Assembly: GCF_964355755.1 (NCBI RefSeq)
Contig: NC_092672.1
Location: forward strand, 34,788,437 to 34,852,436
Source: Antedon mediterranea
Lineage: Eukaryota; Animalia; Echinodermata
DNA: 64,000 bases
Direction of reading: 5' to 3'
Part shown: positions 28,115 through 41,996 of the stretch, piece after piece
Position numbering within the stretch: position 1 is the stretch's first letter
How the letters are laid out: each line of letters opens with the position of its first letter
Position numbers and translations under genes: made by a program
Notes under the pieces: model-generated
What the model was told of the DNA's origin: nothing
The model's database searches: none
Seen by the model: the letters and a program-made list of their open reading frames with translations, nothing else

Positions 28115-29430
28115 TTAAGTGCTTGTTAATGTAAAGGTTACACGCAATCTGGTCATTGGCCACAAGTTGTAATGTATTGTTACATGGTTTTGAGTAAATA
28201 AAAGTACGTATCTGCACAGTATGTATGTAGAAGAGACGATTTTTAAATTTCTACTTTTCAACGTATATCGCTCTTCAAGGAAAAAGGGCTATTTTCGGTT
28301 TATCCAGGTAAGCTAGGCACGAAATAGACTGTTGGCATCCATAAATTTCCTTTCCCTCAGAAGGGAAAAGGGCCTATAATACAGTATATTAATATACAGT
28401 ATCCAGGTAAGAGTTCAACATTTTCATTATTTTCTAAATATTTATGAATCTGTAGAAATTATTCAAAACCAAAGTGCATCATGCTAGAATTTAATGACAC
28501 GGTTTATAAGCCCTAAACACTTGAAACGATCATAAACAACTAATTGAAAATTTTGGTTCGTGCAATTATGGAGCAGTAATACAATAATGCAGTTTAACAC
28601 ATTGCGTTTGAAAAGTTGTAAATTATCAAATCCATTTAGCGATACCGTCGTAAAACTACATGTTTTGCAGAAGGTTTGCACGGAAAAGAAACAATAAAAG
28701 TAAAGTATGCAGAACTATTAAAAAAAGGAACCAAACCTGTGCTTTTGTAAAGTCTCCAGATATTTCATTTTCCAAATTGGGACTGTTGTAAGACCGCTAT
28801 TGCAACATCCAGAGTGAAAGGAAAGTTGGAGACAGACAAATACACAAATCAACAGCGGTGTATAGTAGTCTATGAGACTAAACACACACCTACCCTTTTC
28901 CCACCACAGTTAAAGGGCACATACTTGGATAGAAGCTGTCTTCTTTTTCTATTGTTTTCTCACTTGGGAGATGAACAAAAAAAGGTCGACCAAAAAGTGA
29001 AAATAGATTTTAAAATAACAATACTAATCTAACTACCAGTACAAAATCATGAATATACACATCTTCTAACCGCAATAAAATAGGAAGTCAAGAAACTAGG
29101 TCCAGACATTGTTTTAATATCGGTGTTGATTTCAACAAAACTCTTAAAATAACGAGAACAAAATTAAGTCGTGACACAAGATAAATATCACAGTAACATC
29201 AATCTGTTTTAGATTTCTTGCTTAAGAAACAGTGTAAGCACATTCTAATAAATTATTCTTAAATTATACGATCCAAAACGGTATCAAATTATGAAAACTC
29301 TGTGATGAGTTGAAATCAAGTGATGGTTTATCAAATGATTGTTCTAATCTTACAAACAAGTGGCAATATTTTGTAGTCAGAGGACAAGCATGCTTTATTG
29401 GTATGCTCTACTGAGACATTCTCAACTTTA

Positions 29431-29607
29431 AGCTATGTCTACACTTATCAAAATTGTTTGACAAAAAAGTGTGATGTGCCCAAATATGGTAGTGATATTC
29501 CCAAATATAGTAGTGATATGCTTAAATATGACAGTGATATGACATCATCATGTCCATACTGTATATGGGCACATCATATTTTTTAAAGAAATAGTGTAGA
29601 CAGAGCT
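29431..29607 (-). mobile_element. MITE family A copy
   Basis: TIRs plus triplicated aaatatggtagtgatat internal motif. Confidence 0.82.
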
Positions 29608-30357
29608 TCTCTTTTTGAAAACACATTTTGTACTTTCTTTACTATATTTGCCAGGCAAACGTTAAAAACAATATATAATATATATTTTGCAAAGCACGCT
29701 CGTTGAGCTTATGCACTCTTTGTGTTCATAATCAGTGTACCATGTCCTGCATACCTGTGCCAGTTCTGCGGTACATTTCATTTCGAAACCTGAGCTGCAC
29801 TGACGAGATCTAATAAGATTGAAACAGTACTGTCTGCAGATTGGATAACTCATACTTTATGTGACCTCCACATTTGAGTTGTTCACTAAAATATTGTTAT
29901 GAAGAAATAAATATTCGGTGATATATAATAAGTCAAAAAATCTAGTTTTATTATCATAGTCAGTCAGTAAACATTTGCCAAGTTATGCGATAACTGTAGG
30001 TGATGATACAAATAAAATTGAATTTATTGGCCGAATTAAAGTTGTCTTTATGAAGGCAGAGATACTGTACCCCTGATTCTAGGTTTATTAACAACACAAA
30101 TAACTGTAATACTACTGTAAGAAATTAAATTTAATTGAAATAATACTTTGGCCCAGTAAAGTGATATTTATGTTGACATCAATGATTCTAGGTTTATCAT
30201 CTCTATAACTGACACTAAAGTTTTACTGAAAGACATATAAATATATATCATATTGAATCTTAAAAATTATGAAGCTTAAAAAATATGTTATTTATGATAT
30301 TGAAGTTTATAGATTTCATATGGTACTCAGCAATAACAATATTAGGGTGAGTACTGT

Positions 30358-30535
30358 ATAGCCTTTAAACATATAGTGTGATATAGCCTTTAACATATAG
30401 TGTGATATAGCCTTTAACATATAGTGTGATATAGCCTTTAACATATAGTGTGATATAGCCTCTAACATATAGTGTGATATAGCCTCTAACATATAGTGTG
30501 ATATAGCCTCTAACATACTGTATAGTGTGCGATAC
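30358..30535. repeat. 24-bp minisatellite, about 7 units
   Basis: atagcct(t/c)taacatatagtgtgat repeated. Confidence 0.95.
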
Positions 30536-31102
30536 ATACAGGAGGCCCACATTCAAATAATGATAAAATATCATGTTATTAAATAATAATAATATAATAT
30601 TGCTACAGTAGTTACCAAATCTAGGAGTGAGGGGATATTTTGTGTGTATAAAGCGTACATGGTATTATAGCTAAGCCAATAGTTACCATGACATTGAAAG
30701 TAAATAAATGTTTAAATGCAAAAAAAAAAAATAAAAAATAGTGTAGAAATTGTATCAACTATAAAAAAATCTAGGTTTCGTGCATTAAGATTGTTCTCAA
30801 TCAAATTCCACAGACATTTACTCTGCTAGTACTTTTCCCCTGATTACCAAAACCAATTTATATTTACTTCAACTAAAGAAATATTATTACTTCGGCAGAG
30901 TTTAGTCTTCTCAGATTTCACCATTCTGAAAAGCTAACGAAGACATTAAAATACTTTTGTTTACAGTAAAGTAGTTTAATACTTTTAACTACTAAACTAC
31001 GGCAAGCATGAAAGAAGTTTATTTATAGTGACACAGTTTAGAATTAATTCTTGGAATGCATGATGTTGCAACATTTTTTCATGAAAAGTGGATTAACTAT
31101 CA

Positions 31103-31776
31103 ATAGTGGGCACCATTTGGGACTCAACTAAAGTTTCCCCTGAAAGTATTGTTAAAACATAATACACTTTCCAATGAAACGAAAGAGAGGTAATGTTTTA
31201 ACATGCAGCCAAACCTATTTAGAGAAAACCCCTGTTAAGTGGACACTTTCTCATGAAACGAATGAAGGGACACACAAGTTTTAACACTACAGCAAAATCC
31301 TATTGAGGAGAAACCTCTATTAAAGGGACACTTTCTCATGAAACAAAAGAAGGAGCATATGTTTAATACCACACAGCCAAATACTATTGAGGAGAAACCT
31401 CTATTAAAGGGACACTTTTTCATGAAACGAAAGAAGGAGCATGTTTAATACCACACAGCCAAATACTATTGAGGAGAAACCTCTATTAAAGGGACACTTT
31501 TTCATGAAACGAAAGAAGGAGCATATGTTTAATACCACACAGCCAAATACTATTGAGGAGAAACCTCTATTAAAGGGACACTTTCTCATGAAACGAAAGA
31601 AGAAGCATACAGGTATGTTTTAACACTACAGCCAAATCCTATTTAGGATAAATCCCTATCAAGGGAACATAAAGAGGGGACATATTTTACAGATTATGTT
31701 TTAAAACTACATTCAAATCCTATTAGGCGACACCTCTATTAAGGGGACACTTTGTTGGGTCCTGAAGGTTTTACTA
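31103..31776 (-). mobile_element. Family B MITE-derived ~84-bp tandem array
   Basis: Units gaggagaaacctctattaaagggacactttctcatgaaac... at 31305, 31389, 31471, 31555; reverse complement of the unit at 24773. Confidence 0.72.
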
Positions 31777-31945
31777 TTCATTGTTCATATCACTTTGCTA
31801 AAGTGTTAATATATTTAGGACTAGGAACTTCTTTAACCTCTAAAATAATGACTTTTGACAATCGACAAAATGCATCTGAACTAGTTGCAATGTTTTAATT
31901 AGTAATAATGATGTTCGTTAGGGTACCATCCCTCAAAATCTCCTC

Positions 31946-32005
31946 CATTAATCTCCTCCATTAATCTCCTCCATTAATCTCCTCCATTAATCTCCTCCAT
32001 TAATC
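31946..32005. repeat. 13-bp tandem repeat aatctcctccatt, about 5 units
   Basis: Directly visible perfect repeats. Confidence 0.9.
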
Positions 32006-32283
32006 ATCCCAATTCTTCAGGTTATCATCAAACAGACTCAATGTATGTTATTCTCTAATTGCTTTGACTGACTCATAAATGAATAAATTTATCCAATTAT
32101 TTAACAAAAATTTTAATGGGAAATTTGTTTATATACGTTCAATTAAAATAACATTCAGTACAGGATAATATGCATGTGGTGGTATCATTTTCGAAAATGA
32201 GAACAATCCTAATTCATACAGCCATAAAAAATAAAAAGAACCCGAGACTGGACACCACACATGCAATCAACAGCGCCACATAC

Positions 32284-32405
32284 GTGATGTGCCCAAACAT
32301 GGTAGTGATATATCCAAATACGGTAGTGATATGACATCATCCTGTCCATATAAGGGCACACCACATTTTTTTGTCGACATAAAGTTTGATAGTGTAGACA
32401 GAGCT
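32284..32405 (-). mobile_element. MITE family A, truncated copy
   Basis: Internal core plus aagtttgatagtgtagacagagct end. Confidence 0.8.
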
Positions 32406-33701
32406 TAAGATACCTACAACAGTCCATTTCAATTCATTACCACATCCTTGAGGCACATTATACTAAAAGTTAATATTCTAATATATTCTATAGGTTTCTG
32501 TGAATGGATTATGCGTTACAAAATATGACGTGTAAAACTGTCTTTGCAAGGCTTTTAAGCTCCTTACTGGACCGTTCCATTTTAATTACATATCTGATGA
32601 GTCGTCAACGTTAATTTATTTTATCAGTTTCATACTGCTTAGAGCATCACCTTAAGGAAAGTATTTCATCCAATATACTGTAGATGCATTACCTCGGTGT
32701 CGAGTCAATTTTTGTCGACATTAAACTCACATGAGACAACATGATGGGCTTGATGGCGCTACATAATTGTAATGTATACAATATCGCTGGTTCTCTTTTA
32801 TAATATACTATTACACAATTTTAGATTAAGGTTTGCTAAAGGTTACATGCATGCAATGAAATTGAATCACAATAAATCATAAATAATTTTTAGTTAAAAT
32901 ACAAACTTTAACTACACAACAAACTCTCTATATGCTACTCTTAATGTTTATTTATACTATGAAGAAAGAACATACCAGAATTATACTGCACTATATTCCT
33001 TTTTTCTGTTTAAGAACTTCAACACATTTTAATGTTATGAACACATCACCTTTAACTACACAACAAACTACTTTAATATACTACTCTTAAATGTTTTAAT
33101 ATATAACTACAATACAGTATTAAGAAAGAACATAACACTACAGAATAGTTTGCCAGAATATGATACTATACAATACATTACAATACAAATCTTTCTTTAT
33201 TCTGGAATAGCTCTTTCAATACACAAGTACTGGTCTCCTAAGAGGTCCAGATTTGAAAAAAAATACAAGAAAAATAAAAGCTTAAAAACTATGTACAATA
33301 GAAGTTATACAAGATGTTTAAATTCAACTTGTTTTATGGTAGTATATAAATAATGTTAACTACACTATGCTCAATTGTTTCAATTCAACTAAATAGATCA
33401 CACATAATGTAAGTAATTCTGTACAGCCTTCCATTGCCATTTAATATTGAATGCTTTCAACACCAATGTGTAAGTAAAAGCATTAATTTGTCGTCGTTTT
33501 GATAGTACTTTATAGTTTACTGTAGACTATTGGTCAGGAAAGCCTTTTATATTAATTATAGTCTGCATGTCTGTCTGTCTGTCTGTCCAATAATATGCAG
33601 CAAAGTAGTAGAAATGTTTGAAATTAAATGCTGCACATTTATTACATTTTTAAATAATGTTTAAAATAAATCCAAGTTTGCTAATACACTCAACTGTTTT
33701 A

Positions 33702-33836
33702 AGCTCTGCCTACACTATCAAACTAGTTTGTCAAATAAAGTATGATGTGTCCAAATATGGTAGTGATATGCTCAAATATGTTGGCGATATGACATGGCCA
33801 CTTTGTCACATAAAGTTTGATAGTGTATACAGAGCC
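33702..33836 (-). mobile_element. MITE family A copy
   Basis: Both TIRs recognisable. Confidence 0.8.
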
Positions 33837-34334
33837 TCAAAAAAAGCTTAATTTTACTGTACTTAAAGGAATTTAAGGTTACCATTAATATAGGATAGTA
33901 AGTACAGTACTTAATAATATAGGCATTACCAGTTAAAAAATCATTCAACCAATCCTATGAAATGGTTCGAGTACAGATTGTGTATAATACTTTATAAGAA
34001 AACTCAATATTGACATGGCTATAGTGATACATGCACTAGAGAAATTACTTAAATGCAATAGCAAACAAAGCCTTTTGAAAGAGTCCTGTTGACATGCTTT
34101 ATTTGTGTAATAATAATGATAACTTTACTTTTATCAGGAGTTATTATAAGAACAATGATAGCTAGTTTGTTGTGCCTACACAATGGCTGCTGTCCTCTGG
34201 TATCTTTCTATTGAAGAATCAATCAAACTCAAGTCTATATCATGACCACACCTACTTTTAGTATCAAACACATCCCTTTGTCAGACCAAAGATCAACAAT
34301 ACCGCAAACAAATGTACCATATAATATAAAGTAA

Positions 34335-34494
34335 AGCTCTGTCTACAATATCAAACTTTATGTGACAAAAAATGTGATCTGCCCATAATATGGACATGAT
34401 GATGTCATTTCAGTACCATATTTAAGCATACCACTACGATATTTGGGCACATCACACTTTTTTTGTCAAACTAGTTTGATAGTGTTACAGAGCT
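34335..34494 (+). mobile_element. MITE family A (PIF/Harbinger-like), most intact copy
   Basis: TIR agctctgtctacactatcaaact...agtttgatagtgtagacagagct; family copies mostly flanked by TAA/TTA; internal ggacatgatgatgtcat...taccatatttgggcacatcac. Confidence 0.85.
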
Positions 34495-34747
34495 TTTAGC
34501 ATATCTTTATTTAAAAAGTGACCCATCTCATTTGAACTTGACACAACTCCACTAATCATTAACAGCATTTCACGAAAAAAACATCAAAGTATACTGTCAT
34601 GTTTTTCTCATAAAAATGGAAATAATATGCATCGGTTAATTCGACCACCCACTGAAAAGGAAAATGTTAAGCAAGTCCATGATCCATATAACTGTTTTTA
34701 TTAACATGTTTTCTTGGTTCTCTACAGTATTTCTAATTTCTCACTAA

Positions 34748-35190
34748 GATCCTGTTTCTGCTTCGAAAAAATAACAATAATTTCTCAAATTTATATTAAT
34801 AACCATGTGAACAAATTAATACTGTACCCTTAAATCCTTGGCAGCAGAAACAGGACAAATTTAATGGTTAAAATAACGGTTAGAAACAACACACCAATTT
34901 TAGAAATTGGAAGTTAGAACGCAATTTAACCGGTTATCACTACAACTTTTAGCTATAACGCAAAATAACATTTTTATTTGATTGACTGCTGTAGTGTCTT
35001 TTTTCGTGTTTGATTGCCTGATTGCATTGCATTTTGGGTAATGTTAACATTTTATTTCAACCACTAATTTAAATGGTTATTTGACAGGAAAAAATTAAGC
35101 AGAAATGTGTTTGGCCACAAAATTATATTTTTGGAATAAATGGTATATTCATTGAGTTCATTTTATACACTGCAGCAGAAAAAGACCCTA
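34748..35190 (-). mobile_element. TIR element family C, degenerate copy
   Basis: cctgtttctgcttc...tgcagcagaaaaagaccct; shares accatgtgaa(c/t)aaattaa and gaaacaggacaaattt with the 9136 copy. Confidence 0.6.
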
Positions 35191-35952
35191 AAAATACTGA
35201 AACATGGCAATTCTTTCTGACCGTTTTACTTTATCATTTTGATTTACTATTTGCTTTTTGTATCTCCTAAATTATACTCTACAGACACATACTGTATCCA
35301 CAACAACACTGTCATTTTATTTATTCAGTAATTTGCCTTCGTACTTCAATGATTATATATTTTTATCTACTCAAATTGAAAGGGAAAACTTAGGAAATTA
35401 AACAAATTTACTAATATACAGTATCATCATGCTTTCCTATAGAAAAAAACCAGAATGTGCTAACATAATGTAGTATTATTTAGCTAATGATCTTTCATCC
35501 AGATAATTATATCATAACCTCATTAGCAGAGAGAAGAGTACAAGGTCCTTGAGATCATTTAAAATCTTGCCATTGCCATTTCTTTACAAAAGGCAGCTGC
35601 ATTATTGAACCAATACAAAACTTTAAACTTCTATTCTTATGGCATTGGGTACTTAGTTTTGATTGCTGTATAAGGAGGTATTTCATAAAATCATTATATA
35701 GATGAGTGATTGGGTTTTAAGTCCTTGACTAATTTCCTTGTCTAATTAAGATAAGTCTTAAATTTGCATTTTGAAAAAAAAAATTGATACAATAGTGTCC
35801 CAGTAATTTTGAAAAATGTAACCTCTACTATTGTATTCAAAGTACATACTTTTTAATACTGATAAAAATGAATGTATATGATTTGAATGAGAATATTTTT
35901 AATACTTGAGACAAAACCAAGTGGAATAAACAGAAAAATTTAAATATTCTAC

Positions 35953-36348
35953 GTCTACAGTATTTCGTGCTTAGCTAAACTCGGATAGCCTTTTCTCTTC
36001 GAACAGCGAGATATAACTTTCATTTTTCAAATTCATCATTTTTTACCCCACCTACTGAAAAAGGTAAACTCCTTCCAATTTGAATAACATGTTGAAGGCT
36101 CATTAGTTGTGCCACTCCAACAAAAAAGCTAAAATTGTTGGTAATTTCAGACTGCCTATAGTACTGTAGTACACAATGAGGTTTTGAAATATCAGTATTA
36201 TAATAAAATGCTACTACTGTATACTACTCATATACCATTTGTGGAGAGGGGTGTTCAATTAGTTCTCGATATATATCGCTCTTTGAGGAGAAAGGGCTAT
36301 CCAGGGTTTATCCAGGTAAGCTACAGTACAGTAGGCACGAAATAGACA
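35953..36348. mobile_element. Inverted pair of ~65-bp repeats (possible MITE ends); third copy at 28263-28330
   Basis: tatatcgctctt..aggaraaagggctat...tttatccaggtaagctaggcacgaaatagac at 28263 and 36272, and its reverse complement at 35953-36015. Confidence 0.6.
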
Positions 36349-38451
36349 TGATTAATTTTTACATACACATGTAATGTACAATACTATGCTGATTATCAAT
36401 ACTACTGTATACTAATACATTTTACAACAGCCATCGCCATCTGCTTTGCTAATTTTTTAACCAGACCTTGACCGACGTATATATTATTTTAAAATTTACT
36501 GGTACAGTACTTACACTTACAGTAATGTTCTTAGAATCAAATGTGGTAATCATATTTTTCTATATGTTGCTTTAAATGATTACAAGTTTTATTATCTCAA
36601 CGACGAATGAATAGATATCTTTGGCTCACGTTCACAAACTATAATTACGCTGAAATCCAAAAATAAATAGACCATGATGATATTATACTAATGATCAATC
36701 ATTGCATTTACCAGAAAAAACTATAATAATCGACTTTAAATTTCTCATTTTAAAGGTAACACATAATTTTTTAAAGGTCTGTACAGTATTTTCAGTTTTG
36801 ATTATACTGTAAGTGTAAAAGTTTTGTTCATAAAAGTGTTTGTAAATTTTTTTTTTCATGGGATTTAGTATTCTCACAGTAATAAAGTACAAAAAAAACA
36901 GGAACTATCATCGTACCGATGATTTCTGTAAGGGCCGCAGATTGGGGGAAAAAAGATGATTTCTGATTAATAAATCATAGAACACAGAAAACAAAAGAAT
37001 TTTATTCCTTCTTAATCAACTATATTATTCTAAATAATTTGACAGATTGTTTCCACCATACAACCATTCATCAAATGATTACAGTACTTGAGTATGCTTC
37101 AAGAATTACTAAACACAGCAAGGACTCAGCCTACGGGAAAATAATACAGTACTGTATAAAGGATAGATTACTAATAAAGAATAGACAAAACAAGGAGAAT
37201 AGGAAAAAAACGATGAAAAAGAGACAAAAATTGGGGACAAACATTAAAAAAGACAAAACTGGAAAATAGTGGTGTCTGATAGGTAAAACAATTAATGGAA
37301 TAATAGTTTAGAAAAAAGCCAAAAACTCCCCAAAAGGAAAGTTTTGACTCTATTATCTTGGGGTAATTTTCAAGCTTATAGAATCTGATTTGTGATACGC
37401 TTTACAATTTTGCCTATATATACATAGTCATGGATGATAGCCATCTTTAAACAATAGTGTTTAAAAAAATCAGATAGAACAAGGACATTTAAGACATCTA
37501 AGTGTAGAAGGGTGTTTAAATAAATTCAACGTGCCCTTGACGATTTTCTTCTAGGTAAATAGTTTACCATTACTTACTTCTATACATTTGACATTTTCCT
37601 TGTAAAAAAAAATCAGAGCAAATATGTAATGTATCTTTTCACTGTTCCATTTATTAAAAGTATACAATTTGTATACGCGCTTACATTACATATTATATTT
37701 GTCAATCATATTACTTGACATGTTACAGAATCAATAAAAAGAAAGCTCGTGTTTCAGCGTCTGTGTACAAGATTGATTATGTTACAAAATGTACAGAAAA
37801 TATGTAATAAGTTTTCTCTTTCTCATTTGTTTGTAATTCAACGCTCTACAATGTTTCGTGAGAAAGTCTAGGGGATGGAAATAGAAAAATCATAATCAAT
37901 GTATTAAGTAAACTTTGCTGGCGTAGATATCGATGGATTTAATTCATGTGTAATAATGGTTTATTTAAATGACATCATTCTAAACCCAGCATGTGAGCTA
38001 TGTAATTCTTACCGTAGGTAAAAGCTTAATGATTTCAGTCTCTTATACATTATAAATCTGTAATTAGAAAAACGTCTAGACAATTTACGCAAACCAAGAG
38101 GTTTGGAAAAGAATTTAAAAAAAAACATTATTTAACATGATTTGTCAGAAAATCAATGTTTATCCTCAATATTGACTGCACTAAAGAAATGAGACTACAA
38201 TGTAGTTTGACTAAAAAGGCTTTCTACTATACTATAGTAGTAAACCAGTAATTCATTCATCTCTTTTTTTTAGAATACCATGATCTCACATACACTACAG
38301 TAATATTTCCATGTAGCAAATCCCGTAGCAAATATTAGAAAAAAACCTTAATCTAAAGAAATTACCAAAAAACAAACACTTCTGAAGTTACAACTTGAAT
38401 AACTGTATTAAATAATACAGTATTAATAAATAATTGCACAGTATTATTATT

Positions 38452-39115
38452 TGGAGATAAAACATCATTTTTTGGTTAAAAATTAGCAATCATTTTCTAC
38501 CAAAAAATGATGTTTTACCCCAAAAAAAAGTAGTTAACAGTAGAAATTTAATTTTTTTTTAACATACCCAGTGGGTCGTACACTACATGATTCAATCACT
38601 TTTATATTCGTTCGGTGGGGTTGCTATATTTTTTTGGAGGTTTGCAGGGTTTACTGTAGCAATCATTTTTGACCAAAAAATGATGTTTTACCCCAAAAAT
38701 AAGTAGTTAAACAGTAGAAATTTAATTATTTTTTTTTACATACCCAGTGGGTCGTACACTACATGATTCAATCACTTTTATATTGGTTCGGTGGGGTTTG
38801 CTATATTTTTTTGGAGGTTTGCAGGGTTTAGCAATCATTTTTGACCAAAAAATGATGTTTTACCCCAAAAATAAGTAGTTAAACAGTAGAAATTTAATAT
38901 TTGGGGATGAAACATCATTTTTTGGTTAAAAATTAGCAATCATTTTCGACCCAAAAATGATGTTTTACCCCAAAAAAAGTAGTTAACAGTAGAAATTTAA
39001 TATTTTTTACATGGATATACCCAGTGGGTCGTACACTACATGATTCAATCACTTTTATGTTGGTTCGGTGGGGTTTGCTATGTTTTTTTGGAGGTTTGCG
39101 GGGGTTTAGCAATAC
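38452..39115. repeat. Complex local tandem duplication with internal inverted repeat
   Basis: Three copies of the tacccagtgggtcgtacactacatgattcaatc block and repeated aaaacatcattttttggt / accaaaaaatgatgtttt inverted motifs. Confidence 0.88.
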
Positions 39116-40903
39116 CCGTATAAAAATGTAAACAACATTTTTTTTTTTTTTTAAATTACAGTATGTACATACAGTACTGTACAGTACATACAGTACTGTA
39201 TGTACTGTACAGTGCTGTAATATAAACAGTACTTTGCATTTTGTCTAATATTCTAAAAATACTACAATACAGTACAGTATGCTATACTACTGTTTATAAT
39301 ATTGAAGCAGTGTTCTTCAATATTCATGCTGTTTTAAAGAAAGTCTGAGGAGGACAAGTGTAAGGTCATATTCATAGAGCATAGTATCCAGTGTGCATAC
39401 AAATTAAAACCAGCGCCAGATTAAACATACCAGGCAAGGTCTACTACAGCACTATAAAGAAAATTACATCGTAACTGAACCAGGCAAAATCGGGTCAACC
39501 TATCAACTATTAAGGTCAGGTTAAAACACCGCCTGGCCGCATTTTCTATAAGCAGAAATTCCCGATGGATGTTAAACTCTACACCAAGCTCTGTTAAAAA
39601 TTGCCAATCATTGGGTAAATCAATTTGGAGTGAATGCAGAGAATCAGTGTCATTCAAATGTGGATTATCAAAGGGACAATCAATGGTGAACTAAATGTAC
39701 AATTGTACATACAATCTCTACAGCATTTACATCCTAAAGACAAACAATGTACAAAACAATGCAAATTGATTTTAATATATAAAATAATTAGACTGGACAA
39801 AAAGACATGTTATGCATTTAAATTAAACTCTGTACTATACAGTACCATTGCATTTAGAATGGACAAAGACATGCTTGTTTTATACTGAAATCATCAAACT
39901 TATCGGTCATTATGAATTATAAGTAAATTGAACAATAAACATTTTTACTATTAAAATGCCGTGAATACTGTACTTCTCTACTACTACTGTATACTATCTT
40001 TAAAATGAATACAAATTAGTTAATTGGTAAAAAAAGAATACAGAATTTTTTTTTTTTTAATAAACTTGCCAATTCGTGGTTGCCTACAGTATATATATGA
40101 AAGTGGTTATCATCTGAATTTATTCATTGTATTTATAAAGTAAAGTATTGGTTTATTCAGGTAATCTACAGTAAAAGTATACTGGAGTCATGTGAAATTG
40201 ACACCATACTGTACAATAGACACCATACTGTACAGACAGACATGATAGCCTATCAGTAAGTACAGCACCTATTATAAATTAGATACAGGTACTGCTAATT
40301 CCTGGCAATGCTAATAAAAATTAAAATCTGTACCTCTATACTAAACAAAAATGATATACAGTAATAACAAACACATAGTACGTGACATAAACCCAACACG
40401 TTGCTGGTAGTATACTTGTAGTATATTATTATTTATTTATAGTTTTATTAGCCACGGTACTTCGGCAAAATTACAATCGGAAGACAAACATGTTAACAAA
40501 CTTATAATAAACATTTTTAATGAACTACTGTAATCATTAAAGTTGTCGCTACCGGTCTACAGTATTTGCGAAATGAGTGCAAATGCTGTCAAAGTTCAAG
40601 CACTCACTTCCTGCGTTAAAGACCACACTTAAAATTAACACACGTACATCTTTACAAGTGTATTTTAAACAAATTTATGATAATTGACCCTTAACAATAA
40701 ATTAGGGATTTAATTGATTGTAATGAGATTCAAAATTATTACCAAGTTTTAACTTAAGGTTTACAAACCCATGTTCGCATCAACTGCCAATTTCATAAAT
40801 TCATAATTTGGCATACTAATCATGAAAGAAATTCAAATTGTTGTATCACAACAGTGATTGGTTTGTGAGCATGCTCAGAAGAGCATAACAGTCCATTGGT
40901 TCG

Positions 40904-41569
40904 TACCTCCGCCAAGGAGGTATGTAATCGGTAGCGTGTGTTTGTTTGTTTGTTAGCAGGATTACTCAAAAAGTAATTACAAGATCTTTACCAAGCAAAA
41001 TGAATATACAAATAGATATGTGGTCAAGGACCATTCCATTAAATTTTGGGACCATGGTCCCAATTCTGGACCACTTTTTAGTATAATTTTCAGACCTGCT
41101 AGTGTTAAAAGATAGGACAGAATTTTTTAAAAGCCGGCGAGCAGTCTTTAGTAACAAGTAAACTGAAATTGCATTTTCCCGAGAACTACTGTACTTGTCC
41201 AAAAAACTTCATTTTTGTACAAGAGGCAAGAGTTATAATTTGTGATTTGTAATTGTAAAACATAATTTGATTTAATGTGCACGTTTTTTTATGCGAGTAG
41301 TTTAAACCTATTTCTTTTCAAATTTACTCGTTTGATTTTCGCGTTGCTGTTCTTTTGTTAGTCAACTGAAGTTATTGTTAATTGAAAGGCTTGTTACATA
41401 ACCATTACACCAAACTCGCATACCCATGCTTATAGTGAAATTAGCCTAAATCAAAAACAGCATTAAGACACACACAAATATATATTTTTTTTGTTACTGG
41501 AGAAATCTTATGTAGGAGAATTTTACAGTAGGCGGAGGTACAGTATGCACTCTCGGAATGGCTTTCTAG
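40904..41569 (+). mobile_element. Helentron-associated / DINE-1-like non-autonomous element
   Basis: Subterminal IR tacctccgcc (40904) / ggcggaggta (41531), (gttt)n near the 5' end, short 3' stem-loop remnant, CTAG end followed by a T run. Confidence 0.75.
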
Positions 41570-41834
41570 TTTTTTTTTTGGTGTTGAGGTGAAAATTTAC
41601 AGTAAAAAAGTATTTTTTTATTTTGTATTTATTTATTTTGTATATTACTGTATATATTATTAGAATAATTCTAAAAAATGATTTGAGAGTTTTTTTAATG
41701 TTTATTTGTTTGTTATAACCACCTTACGACCCATCACATGTGCAGTATTCTTTTACTTACAGTAGTTCACATGGTTTTTTAAAAAGGGACACTTGTCTAG
41801 CATTACTTCAGAGAAGAAAGTTGTAGAGCAGTAA

Positions 41835-41996
41835 AGTTCTGTCTACACTATCAAACTTTATGTGATGTGCCCATATACTGTATGGACATGATGATGTCAT
41901 TTTACTACCATATTTAAGCATATCACTAGTACCAATACCATATTTGGTCACATCACACTTTTTTTGTCAAACTAGTTTGATAGTGTAGACAGACCT
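41835..41996 (+). mobile_element. MITE family A copy
   Basis: Both TIRs, TAA/TTA flanks. Confidence 0.82.
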
